Source: Thermostichus sp. DRC_bins_24
Lineage (GTDB): Bacteria > Cyanobacteriota > Cyanobacteriia > Thermostichales > Thermostichaceae
DNA length: 64,000 nt
Assembly: GCA_039794845.1 (NCBI GenBank)
Contig: JAUQVK010000025.1
Coordinates: forward strand, 1-64,000
Direction of reading: 5' to 3'
The translations under genes were made by a program, and so were the position numbers. This document shows, piece by piece, positions 38,840-47,389 of the stretch; position 1 is the first letter of the stretch; each line of letters opens with the position of its first letter. The notes under the pieces were generated by a model. The model worked only from the letters and a program-made list of their open reading frames with translations, did not search any database and was not told the origin of the DNA.

Positions 38840-39123
38840 TCCGGCTCAATCGAGCTGGTCAGGCCATGTTGGCGCAGCTGTTCACAGTAAAACTCGGCGT
38901 GTTCTCGAGGAACCACGATCACCACGGCCATGCCATTGTTGTGGGCCTCTAGCATGATCTCCGTGGCTTGGGGGGGCATCATCGCCGGGATCACCTGCAC
39001 CAAAACCCCTACCACATACTCCATCGTGTTGAAATCGTCGTTGTGCAGCAGCACCCGGTACATGGGCATGTGCTTTGGGGTGACAGAGGGCTTAACCAGA
39101 GTCTCCGTAGGCACGACGATCAC
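38833..39123 (-). CDS. clpS: ATP-dependent Clp protease adaptor ClpS
   Basis: YRVLLHNDDFNTMEYVV, IMLEAH..G.A.V, GL.SSIEP. Confidence 0.95.
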   Translation of the reverse strand: MIVVPTETLVKPSVTPKHMPMYRVLLHNDDFNTMEYVVGVLVQVIPAMMPPQATEIMLEAHNNGMAVVIVVPREHAEFYCEQLRQHGLTSSIEPEC

Positions 39124-39301
39124 TCCTTAGAAGGTAAAAACAGAGGATAGAAAGCAAGTGGATGACGAACTGTAGTGAAATTTTAGCCTTCTCAGCAGAG
39201 CCTGTGGAGTAAAAAAGGTAACCACAACAGGATCCCAAGATTTAGCCCGTAGGAAAACTGCCCATAGGAGCGGTCAATCTTGGATTTATTAAACAGATTT
39301 A

Positions 39302-39341
39302 TTAAACAAGTGCTAACCCAGCCTTCACCTGCTCACAACCT
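39302..39341 (+). promoter_or_regulatory. Putative Pho box (SphR/PhoB) upstream of phoD
   Basis: Four degenerate TTAACC-like units at an exact 11-bp period: TTAAAC 39302, CTAACC 39313, TTCACC 39324, ACAACC 39335. Confidence 0.65.
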
Positions 39342-39429
39342 CACCCTAGGCGCAAAAATGCTTGACTAAGGGCGACTGGTTTTGATTGCGGATCCCTTTA
39401 CATTCGCCGGCGTCGCTGAGGTTGGTTTC

Positions 39430-41160
39430 ATGAGTTCCCTGCATTCCCGTCGCTTTTTCTTGCAGCTGATGATGTTTGGGGGTGGGGCAGCTGCCCTTGC
39501 CGCCTGTGGGGGTAGTTCCAGTTCTTCGGTTGCCCCATTGGGGGAACCGGGTTTTCCGCAGGGGGTGTTCGCCGGGGATCCCACGGCTCAGGGGGCGGTG
39601 CTCTCGACGCGGGTGATCCCTGCCGCTGCAGCGGATACGGTATCTGTCACCCTGCAAATTGCCGAGAATCCTGATTTTGCGCCGCTCCTACAAGAGATTC
39701 CCCTCAGCGCCCGTCGTACCGCTGGCAGTAATTATCGCAACGAGCCCGGAGACTACATTGCCCGCGCCGTGGTGCAGGGGTTGGGTGCTGCTCAAACCTA
39801 TTACTACCGCTTTGTCAGTGCCGATGGCTTTACCAGCCCGGTGGGTCAGTTCCGCACGCTGCCGGATGCCGGGGATGGACGCACCATTCGCTTCATGCAC
39901 ATCAGTTGTGCCAATGAGCCGCCTTTTCCCATTGGGGCTGCCATGCTCGCGGAGGTGAGCCGGGGGGATATCGACTTCATTTCTTTTAACGGCGATACCG
40001 TTTATGCCGACCGCTTCTGGCTGGGTCTGGATCCAACGGGGAACTTGGATTTTTACCGCAGCCTTTACCGCGACCAACGGGATCCCAACTACGCGGGGCC
40101 GGAGTTTCCGCAACTGTTTGGCCGCACCTCTTTTGTGATCAACTGGGATGACCATGAGGTAATCGACAACTACAGCGGTCAGAAGGATCGCGGTGGCCCT
40201 GCGACTCAATTGGATGACACGACGGGGCAAACCCGCGATGTCGAGGATCTCAAGGTTCTCGGCTATCAAGCCTTTTTCGAGTACAACCCCATTACCCCCA
40301 ACCTGACGGATGTGGGGGGTGTCGATGCTCGGGATCGGGTGTTTCGCAGCTTCCGCTATGGGGCCAATGCGGAGGTGTTCATTCCCGATTTGCGCCAGTA
40401 CCGCGATCTGGCAGTGGTGACTCCGATTCTGCCCATCTTGCCCCCGGGTTTGACTCGCGATCAATTTTTGGCCCTCTCCGGCATTAGCCTCACCCCCGAA
40501 CAGGAGGCCCTTTTCTTCGGCCCCCCCGGATCGGAAGAGGCCCTGTTTAACCTGCTGCGTCGCACCCCGCGTACCCTGTTGGGCGGCCCCCAAAAGCAGT
40601 GGTTGCTGAATGGCCTGCGCAACTCCACCGCCACCTATAAGTTCATCGTCAGCCAGTTCCCGATCACCGTTACCTATTTCCGCTCCAACGATGTTTGGGA
40701 AGGCTACTGGTTGGAACGACAAGAAGTGATCGACTTTATCGAGGCCAACAACATCCGCAATGTGGTGTTCTTGACGGGGAATAACCATGCGGGCTTTATC
40801 GGCCAAGTTAACCCCGGCAGCAACAATCCGATCTGGGAGGTCTGGGCCGGCCCCACCGGGCGCAGTGTCACCGCCCTCAGCATTGATGAGCTGGGCAATC
40901 AATTGGGGATCCCCAACGCCAGCCGCATCTACTACGGCATTGTCAATGGCTTTTTGGCCCCGGTGAATCCTGGCAACCCGCAGATCAGCGGCATCCCAGG
41001 AGTGACCACCAGTAACCTGCGCTTTTTGGAGCTGGCGGTGCCCAACTACCACACCATTGAGGTTTCCGGCAGCCGGTGCACCATCCAGATTAAAGGGCCG
41101 ACGGGCAGCGTCTTGACGGATCCCTTCGGGCGGCGGGGGGAGTTGATCTTGCCGCAATAA
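39430..41160 (+). CDS. phoD: PhoD-family alkaline phosphatase, Tat-exported lipoprotein
   Basis: SRRFFL Tat motif plus LAAC lipobox; FPQGV.AGDP, YYYRF, SC, GD.VYAD, WDDHE, DLRQYRD, LLG..Q..WL. Confidence 0.9.
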   Translation: MSSLHSRRFFLQLMMFGGGAAALAACGGSSSSSVAPLGEPGFPQGVFAGDPTAQGAVLSTRVIPAAAADTVSVTLQIAENPDFAPLLQEIPLSARRTAGSNYRNEPGDYIARAVVQGLGAAQTYYYRFVSADGFTSPVGQFRTLPDAGDGRTIRFMHISCANEPPFPIGAAMLAEVSRGDIDFISFNGDTVYADRFWLGLDPTGNLDFYRSLYRDQRDPNYAGPEFPQLFGRTSFVINWDDHEVIDNYSGQKDRGGPATQLDDTTGQTRDVEDLKVLGYQAFFEYNPITPNLTDVGGVDARDRVFRSFRYGANAEVFIPDLRQYRDLAVVTPILPILPPGLTRDQFLALSGISLTPEQEALFFGPPGSEEALFNLLRRTPRTLLGGPQKQWLLNGLRNSTATYKFIVSQFPITVTYFRSNDVWEGYWLERQEVIDFIEANNIRNVVFLTGNNHAGFIGQVNPGSNNPIWEVWAGPTGRSVTALSIDELGNQLGIPNASRIYYGIVNGFLAPVNPGNPQISGIPGVTTSNLRFLELAVPNYHTIEVSGSRCTIQIKGPTGSVLTDPFGRRGELILPQ

Positions 41161-41448
41161 ATCTACAAAAGTAATCCTGTAAACAATCATGCTAAAGATG
41201 TGATTTGGATCATCCACCAGATGAAAGGGATGGATGCTAGAGTAGGGGCAAGACAAGTGTTAGGAATAGCCAGGCATCGGTTGCTTAAACTTGGGTTGTT
41301 AGATTAGAGCAACAGAAATGACTGGTTTGTGTTGAGGTTTTTCAGACAGATTCCTATTCTGTAGGTGTTTGATAGTAAACTTAGCTGGTATTCCTAATCT
41401 ATCTTGTTTTGCCAAATATCTTTTTATAGTTTATAGGGATGGTGAAAG

Positions 41449-41811
41449 ATGGGTTCTCTTTGGAGGGGCGGAGCCTCTGCTTTCCTGGTGGCAGCTTTGG
41501 GATTGTGCATGAGTGGGGAAGGTTGGGCTCAAAGTCGAACTTTCCTGTTGCGTCGTGGGCAGTCCACGCTTACCACCGGCTACTTTGTCAGGAATGAAGC
41601 CATTTGGGCCGAATGCGATAGAGATTGTTTGGATGTAGATCTTAAACTTTTTGATCGCAATAATCGGTTGGTTGATGCTGATGAATTGAGGGATGACTTT
41701 CCGGTGGTGCGGGCACCCTTCGATGGGGAGTTTACCCTTGAGGTAATTATGTTTGACTGTCGCAGTTCCGCTGGATGTTATGTAGTGGTTGATTCTGAAT
41801 TGGGCTTTTGA
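41449..41811 (+). CDS. Secreted hypothetical protein with CDxDC.DxDL (PPC-like) motif
   Basis: Signal peptide ending GWA-Q; CDRDCLDVDLKLFD...D...DDFP; AT-rich context. Confidence 0.7.
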   Translation: MGSLWRGGASAFLVAALGLCMSGEGWAQSRTFLLRRGQSTLTTGYFVRNEAIWAECDRDCLDVDLKLFDRNNRLVDADELRDDFPVVRAPFDGEFTLEVIMFDCRSSAGCYVVVDSELGF

Positions 41812-41982
41812 AGCGATTGGGTAGACTGCGGAGGGATGGTGCTCTGCACATGGCCTAGCGAGAGCAGGAGTAGGAAGCATAAGCCAGCCCTGTGTAGAAA
41901 ACCTGCGCAAGGGCTGTAACCTGAAGGGGTGCTTCTGGGGCGACAATGAGAGGGATCCCTCATTTTTTCGCTTGCCGATCCC

Positions 41983-42441
41983 ATGCTGCAGAATCTTTCT
42001 CTCGAGTCGATTCCTTTGTTCTCCATTGCGGCAGCCATGTTTTTGGTTTATTTGCCAATGGGGGTCGTGGGCTATGCTCGCGCCCGTGTGGGTTACGACA
42101 TCAGTGCGCCTCGCGCCATGTTTGATAAGCTCCCTCCTTACGGGCAACGGGCGACTTGGGCCCACCAGAATGGCTTTGAGACCTTCGGTATGTTTTCGGC
42201 AGCGGCGTTGGTCGCCTACGTGACCCGGCCCCATGGGGATCCCTGGTATTTGGGCCTGAGCGGTGAGGAAGGGGTGGCCCTGCTGTGTGGGGTTTTTCTG
42301 GTGGCACGGCTATTTTACAACCTCTGCTACATTGCCGATATTCCCATCGGGCGGTCGCTGTCGTTTCTGGCGGGATCCCTGGCCACGTTGGGGCTGTTGT
42401 TGATCAGTTTGTTGCCGTTGCTCCAGCCGGGATTGGCCTAG
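41983..42441 (+). CDS. MAPEG family membrane protein
   Basis: APRAMFDKLPPY.QRATWAHQN.FE.F..F. Confidence 0.88.
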   Translation: MLQNLSLESIPLFSIAAAMFLVYLPMGVVGYARARVGYDISAPRAMFDKLPPYGQRATWAHQNGFETFGMFSAAALVAYVTRPHGDPWYLGLSGEEGVALLCGVFLVARLFYNLCYIADIPIGRSLSFLAGSLATLGLLLISLLPLLQPGLA

Positions 42442-42442
42442 T

Positions 42443-43717
42443 TCAGGAAAGTGCAGATCTTGAGGGATCCGATTTGACTTCGCCTTGGGAATCCCGGGTT
42501 GGGTTCTGGGCTTTGAGGGCGCGCAGCACCTCGTAGCACGCTCCCATGGTGTGGTAGTCGGTTTTGCCGGCGGGGCTTTTCAGGTCGTCGTATCTCTGGT
42601 TGGTGCGGTTCAGAATGCGGTACCAAGCCCCCCACCGATGATCCACCAAATGCTGCCAACTGTAGGCCCAGAGGCGGTCGTACCACTGCCAATAGCCGGG
42701 ATCCCCTGTCCGTAGAGCCAACAGGGCTGCTGCCGCCAACGACTCCGCCTGTACCCAGAAGTATTTGTCGCCGTCGCAAACCTTGCCCTCCAGATCCAAC
42801 CCGTAGCAGAGCCCGCCATACTCGGGATCCCAGGCCAATTGCACAGCGCGGTCAAACAAAAATTGGGCACGGGAAAGCCCATTCATCTGCGGAGCATAGC
42901 GTTCCAGAATCAACAGCAGCTTGGCCCATTCCGTTTGGTGGCCAGGTTGATATCCCCAGGGGCGAAACAGGTGGCGGGGATCCGAGCGGTTGTAATTCCA
43001 ATCGGGATCCCAGTTGGGGTCATAGTGCTCCCAGATCAGCCCCAGCGGGGAAAGAGCCGCCTGCCGCTCACAAAGGTTATGGGCTAGGGTGAGGGCCCGC
43101 TCCAGGTAACGCCCGTCTTGGGTGGCCTCATAGGCGGCGATCAGAGCCTCGCAGGTGTGCATGTTGGCGTTTTGGCCGCGGTAGGGGGAAAGGGATCCCC
43201 AGTCGGCAGTAAATTCATCGGCGTACAGGCCGTCGGCTTCTGACCAAAAGTGCTCCTCCATCAGGGTGAAGGTTTCTGCCAGATAGTCCCCACAGTGGGG
43301 GATTCCGGCTTTAAGGCCACAGGCATAGGCCAAGAGCACAAAGGCATGGCCGTAGCAATGTAGGGTGGGATCCACCACCTCTGGGCCCCGTAACATCCAG
43401 GCATACCCACCTGAGGCCTGGCGATGCCTCTCCCGCAAAAACCGGATCCCATGCTCCGCCCAGTGGCGGTACTCCGAGTTTTGGAAATACACCGCCGCCA
43501 TGGCGTAGTTGAAGACAAAACGGGTGCTGCTCACCAAGTGGCGGGTTTCGCGGTCGTAAAGGCTGCCATCCTCCCGAAAGTGCTGGAAAAAGCCCCCTTG
43601 CTCGTCAATGCAGCGGGGATGATAAAACGCCAGGGTTTGGCGAATGTGGTCTTCGAGAAAACGGGGATCCCAGTCGCGGTAGCGTTGCGGAGCAACAACG
43701 TTGGGGAGAGGAGGCAT
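42443..43717 (-). CDS. AGE-family epimerase/isomerase (N-acylglucosamine 2-epimerase / mannose isomerase-like)
   Basis: RHLVSSTRFVFNY, YRGQNANMH.CEA, QPGHQTEWAKLL, KYFWVQAE, KSPAGKTDYH. Confidence 0.9.
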   Translation of the reverse strand: MPPLPNVVAPQRYRDWDPRFLEDHIRQTLAFYHPRCIDEQGGFFQHFREDGSLYDRETRHLVSSTRFVFNYAMAAVYFQNSEYRHWAEHGIRFLRERHRQASGGYAWMLRGPEVVDPTLHCYGHAFVLLAYACGLKAGIPHCGDYLAETFTLMEEHFWSEADGLYADEFTADWGSLSPYRGQNANMHTCEALIAAYEATQDGRYLERALTLAHNLCERQAALSPLGLIWEHYDPNWDPDWNYNRSDPRHLFRPWGYQPGHQTEWAKLLLILERYAPQMNGLSRAQFLFDRAVQLAWDPEYGGLCYGLDLEGKVCDGDKYFWVQAESLAAAALLALRTGDPGYWQWYDRLWAYSWQHLVDHRWGAWYRILNRTNQRYDDLKSPAGKTDYHTMGACYEVLRALKAQNPTRDSQGEVKSDPSRSALS

Positions 43718-43776
43718 CGGGTCTTTAGAGCAGGTGAATCTCTTGTGATGGTCTCATGATGATCTCACGGGATGAC

Positions 43777-44820
43777 TTAGCTTGCGGGCCAAACCGAGGC
43801 CAAAGCCACCCCGGCCCTGTGGGCGACGACCGCCCCGACAGCCTCTAGGTAGGATCCCACCTGCACATGAGGGATCCCCAATTGGCGCGGATGCACCTGC
43901 ATCAGTGTGGTATTTTCCGCAACCGCGATGAAGAGGGGTGGGCGGGAGCGGCTGGCCAAATGCAACAGGCCCGGCCCCCCAAAAGCGGTTGCTGGAGCAA
44001 TGACGCTATCCACCTGCTCGGCCTGAAGATCTCCCGGCTGGGGGGAATCGGAACGGCTTACGAACCGGGGGGCGTAACTGAGCCCTGCCAAAACCGAAGG
44101 CAAAAAGGTAAACCCCACCTCTTCTGCAGCGGCGCGGGGATGAACAGGCTTGGGTTGGGTCTCTGCGTAAAAGGCCGGGGCATGGGCACAGGGGATCCGC
44201 AACTCCCGTACCACCAGATGGCTGATGATCGCCTCGACCCCCGCCAAGGGATCCACCCCCACCCCCTGCTCGTATTGGCTGAAATCCAGATCATCCGGGA
44301 AGCGTGCCACCACCGCAATCGCCTCTGCCCCTGCATTCAACAGGTCTTTGGCGGCTGCCAAGAGCACCTCAGGATGGGCCAAGGAGCCCTGGCTGGCTCC
44401 AGAAGGGGAATGGCCGAGGGATAGGCCCAAGGGCCGGCTTGTCACACGCCAAGGGCCGATGTCCAACCCCAGCGTGGCTTGAGCGGCTTGCATCACCTGG
44501 ATCTGTCGTTGCTGCAGATCGGCAGGGATCCCGGCATCCAGCACTACCCCAACACAGTTTTGCCGCACGGGCCGCAGGTTCCAGCTCCCGGCACAGAACT
44601 GGTCAAGGCCATACCCTTCCACGTAGAGTACATTCCTCAGCGGCCAAAACAAGCTGGCTCCGTTCAACACATTCGGATGGGTGAGCACCCGTTCAGCCGC
44701 CGCTGCCAACATGCGGGCAATGGGCAACGCGTCTCCGGCGAAGCCCCCAATACGGGCTCCGATACCGGTAGGAATGAGCAGTAGGGTGGTGTAGGGGTTC
44801 AAAGTACCAAATGCGCCCAA
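43777..44820 (-). CDS. DUF3326 domain protein
   Basis: PTGIGA.IGGFAGDALP, THPNVLNGA, GVDPLAGVEA.ISH, AAAEE.G.TFL. Confidence 0.88.
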   Translation of the reverse strand: MGAFGTLNPYTTLLLIPTGIGARIGGFAGDALPIARMLAAAAERVLTHPNVLNGASLFWPLRNVLYVEGYGLDQFCAGSWNLRPVRQNCVGVVLDAGIPADLQQRQIQVMQAAQATLGLDIGPWRVTSRPLGLSLGHSPSGASQGSLAHPEVLLAAAKDLLNAGAEAIAVVARFPDDLDFSQYEQGVGVDPLAGVEAIISHLVVRELRIPCAHAPAFYAETQPKPVHPRAAAEEVGFTFLPSVLAGLSYAPRFVSRSDSPQPGDLQAEQVDSVIAPATAFGGPGLLHLASRSRPPLFIAVAENTTLMQVHPRQLGIPHVQVGSYLEAVGAVVAHRAGVALASVWPAS

Positions 44821-44875
44821 AGACAGGGGTGAAACCTCTCTTGGTCGCCCCTTCGGCGGGCTCAGTGTTCATCGA

Positions 44876-45142
44876 TCATCGTTTATCGATCATCTTCCGG
44901 GAGCTTTGGCGACGTTTCTCCAACCAGCCCCAAACCCCACTCAACAGCGCCCCAACCATCAGGATCCCCAAGGCGGGTTGAAACAAAGGCAACCACAACC
45001 GCATCCAAAGTTTATAGCCCAACGGGATTCCGATGAATGCTCCCGTCACCGAAAAGACAAACCAAACAAACCCGACAAACACCAGAAAGACAACGGCAAC
45101 CAGGAGGTTATCCAGCCAGCGCTTGAGCTCAGAGGAAGTCAT
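44876..45142 (-). CDS. Small two-TM conserved membrane protein
   Basis: L..LDNLLVA..FLV, W..LW.PLFQPALGILM.GA. Confidence 0.75.
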   Translation of the reverse strand: MTSSELKRWLDNLLVAVVFLVFVGFVWFVFSVTGAFIGIPLGYKLWMRLWLPLFQPALGILMVGALLSGVWGWLEKRRQSSRKMIDKR

Positions 45143-45192
45143 AGGAGTTACAGGAGATCGGGGGAGAAAGAGGTGGATCCAGGCAGCGCTCC

Positions 45193-45534
45193 TCAAATCT
45201 TATCCTTTACAGGAGACAGACCCTTTCGGGATCCCCCCAGATCTTGTCGTTGGGCAACCGGTTGAATGCGATTTTGGGCGAAAATCCGCTCTACCTTGCG
45301 GCCTTCCTGCCAAAGCTGTAAGGAGAGAGGTTCTTGATGGGTTCGAGTCGGGCTGACGGTCGGCACCACCCGCAAAGAGCAAGATCCTCGCGCTTCTCTC
45401 CGAAGCCGAGGGGCGGGCTGAGGAGAAACGGCCTGTGCCACAGGTGCATCCCCTCGCAAAAAGCGCAGGTAACGTTGCAGCCAACTCTCCCGCCGCAAGG
45501 GCAACATAGGTGGATGACCCGATTCCGATTGCAT
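45193..45534 (-). CDS. Hypothetical protein, divergent from the S24 repressor
   Basis: ATG 45534 preceded by GAGGAGAGG; no family recognised. Confidence 0.5.
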   Translation of the reverse strand: MQSESGHPPMLPLRRESWLQRYLRFLRGDAPVAQAVSPQPAPRLRREARGSCSLRVVPTVSPTRTHQEPLSLQLWQEGRKVERIFAQNRIQPVAQRQDLGGSRKGLSPVKDKI

Positions 45535-45704
45535 AGCCTCTCCTCAACAGAACAAATCGGCAGGACTCACCAAAAACAACCAGCCTCAACAGAGAAATTC
45601 ACTAAATCTAGCAAGTCCCGGAATCAGGGTATCCACAAATTGTCGGTCAGTCAAGATATAGTGGTAAAGACCTCTGCTTACCACAACCTATAGCGTTGAA
45701 CCCA

Positions 45705-46367
45705 ATGCACTCCCCTTCCAGCTCCACCTTTGCAGCCCGCCTGCGGCAGGTGATCGGCCATGAGGCCATTTATGCGTTTGGACGCCGCGCCGGCATCAGC
45801 GACACCGCTCTGCGCAGCTACCTGAAGGGATCCGTTCCCAGCATTGATAAGGCTCTGCAAATTGCCCAAGCGGGCCAGGTGAATCTCAGCTGGTTGATTA
45901 CGGGCGAGGGATCCCCGCAGTTGAATCCTGCTAAGGCCGAGACCGAGTATGTGTACGTGCCCTTTGTCGATGTGGCGGCCTCCGCCGGAACAGGGGTGCT
46001 GGTGCGGGAAGAATCGATCGAATCGGTGATTGGTTTCGAGCGCAACTGGTTGCGGACGTACTTGAAGGGAAGTCCTGCCGAACTCAGCCTGATTCGGGTG
46101 CAGGGGGATAGCATGTCCCCCACCTTGGAGGACGGGGATCTGATCTTTGTGGAACGACAAGCGGGAGAAGACAACAGCCGCGAGGGTATCTACGTCTTTC
46201 AAATGGATGGAGATTTGTTGGTCAAACGCCTACAGCGCTTGCCCGGATCCCAGATCAAGGTCATCAGCGATAACCCGCGCTTTCCCCCTTTCGTGGTGGA
46301 TTTGGCGGATCCCGCCAACGGGTTGAACCTGATCGGGCGCTACCGAGGCCGTATCAGTTTTGATTAG
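45705..46367 (+). CDS. Phage CI/LexA-like repressor (HTH + S24 peptidase)
   Basis: N-terminal HTH (AGIS..ALRSYLKG..P, WLITGEG), ASAG cleavage site, GDSM and VKRL catalytic dyad. Confidence 0.9.
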   Translation: MHSPSSSTFAARLRQVIGHEAIYAFGRRAGISDTALRSYLKGSVPSIDKALQIAQAGQVNLSWLITGEGSPQLNPAKAETEYVYVPFVDVAASAGTGVLVREESIESVIGFERNWLRTYLKGSPAELSLIRVQGDSMSPTLEDGDLIFVERQAGEDNSREGIYVFQMDGDLLVKRLQRLPGSQIKVISDNPRFPPFVVDLADPANGLNLIGRYRGRISFD

Positions 46368-46417
46368 CTCAAAAGATGGGTGACAGGAGGTAAGCTTTTC
46401 CGTTAGCATTAAAGACT

Positions 46418-46474
46418 GCTGTAAACGCTCGGATCAGGTTCCAAGATCCACAGGTAGGTGGGCACCTGTACGGC
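46418..46474 (+). promoter_or_regulatory. Structured 5' leader of rplU-rpmA (candidate three-way junction)
   Basis: GCTGTA/TACGGC outer stem enclosing GGATC/GATCC and ACAGGT/ACCTGT hairpins, just before the RBS GAGGAG. Confidence 0.5.
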
Positions 46475-46485
46475 GAGGAGAAACC

Positions 46486-46893
46486 ATGACTTATGCGATT
46501 GTTGAAACCGGTGGCAAGCAGCTTTGGGTGGAACCAGGGCGCTTTTACGATGTAGAGCGTCTACCTGAGGCCGACGAAGATAGCCCTCTGGATCTGTCTC
46601 AAGTGTTGTTGGTGAACCATGAGGGACAAGTAACCCTAGGGCATCCCTACATTTCGGAGGCGGTTGTTAAGGCCCGAGTTTTACACCATCGACGCGGCAG
46701 CAAGGTCATCGTTTACAAAATGAAGCCGAAGAAAAAGACCCGCAGGAAAAAAGGCCATCGGCAAGAATTGACCCGGGTGTTGATCGAGTCTATCGAGCTA
46801 AATGGGGTTTCCCTGGGAGCTGCAGAATCCACGGCTGAATCAACAGCCTCTGCGGAAGTGGAAACGGCAGGGATCCCTGCTGATGGGGAATAA
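46486..46893 (+). CDS. rplU: 50S ribosomal protein L21
   Basis: YAIVETGGKQ, KMKPKK, GHRQELT; acidic C-terminal extension. Confidence 0.97.
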   Translation: MTYAIVETGGKQLWVEPGRFYDVERLPEADEDSPLDLSQVLLVNHEGQVTLGHPYISEAVVKARVLHHRRGSKVIVYKMKPKKKTRRKKGHRQELTRVLIESIELNGVSLGAAESTAESTASAEVETAGIPADGE

Positions 46894-46957
46894 AACCTCA
46901 AAGCAGCACTCATTTTTTTCAGTGAAGACATAAGGACAAAGTTGCTCAGGAGGCGTT

Positions 46958-47239
46958 ATGGCTCACAAGAAAGGGACAGGCAGTACCCGCAACGGGCGTG
47001 ACTCCAATGCCAAACGGCTTGGGGTGAAGCGCTACGGCGGCGAACTGGTTCATCCTGGTCACATCCTGGTGAGACAGCGAGGAACCAAGTTTCACCCAGG
47101 AGTCAATGTGCGCATCGGCGGAGACGATACCCTCTTCTCGGTGGTGAGTGGCATTGTTACTTTCGAGCACTACGGCAAGCGTCGGCAGAAAGTCAGTGTC
47201 TATCCGGTTGAGGCCGCTACTGAAGTAATGGAGAAGTAA
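46958..47239 (+). CDS. rpmA: 50S ribosomal protein L27
   Basis: [34 protein letters not shown]. Confidence 0.98.
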   Translation: MAHKKGTGSTRNGRDSNAKRLGVKRYGGELVHPGHILVRQRGTKFHPGVNVRIGGDDTLFSVVSGIVTFEHYGKRRQKVSVYPVEAATEVMEK

Positions 47240-47389
47240 TGGAGTAATGGCGGATCCCTGAAGTGTCTTGATTACCCCTTGGGAGCCTTTTATACCCGCC
47301 TCCTTGACGATTCTCATCACAATCTGGGCATGATCAAGGAGAGACAGGTACGGGCCCTCTGACCTGCAGGTTGTTTCCTGAGAAAGCTT

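Noticed and set aside
39688..41256. 522-aa ORF antisense to phoD
   Set aside because: Shadow ORF of a GC-rich gene with no recognisable motifs.
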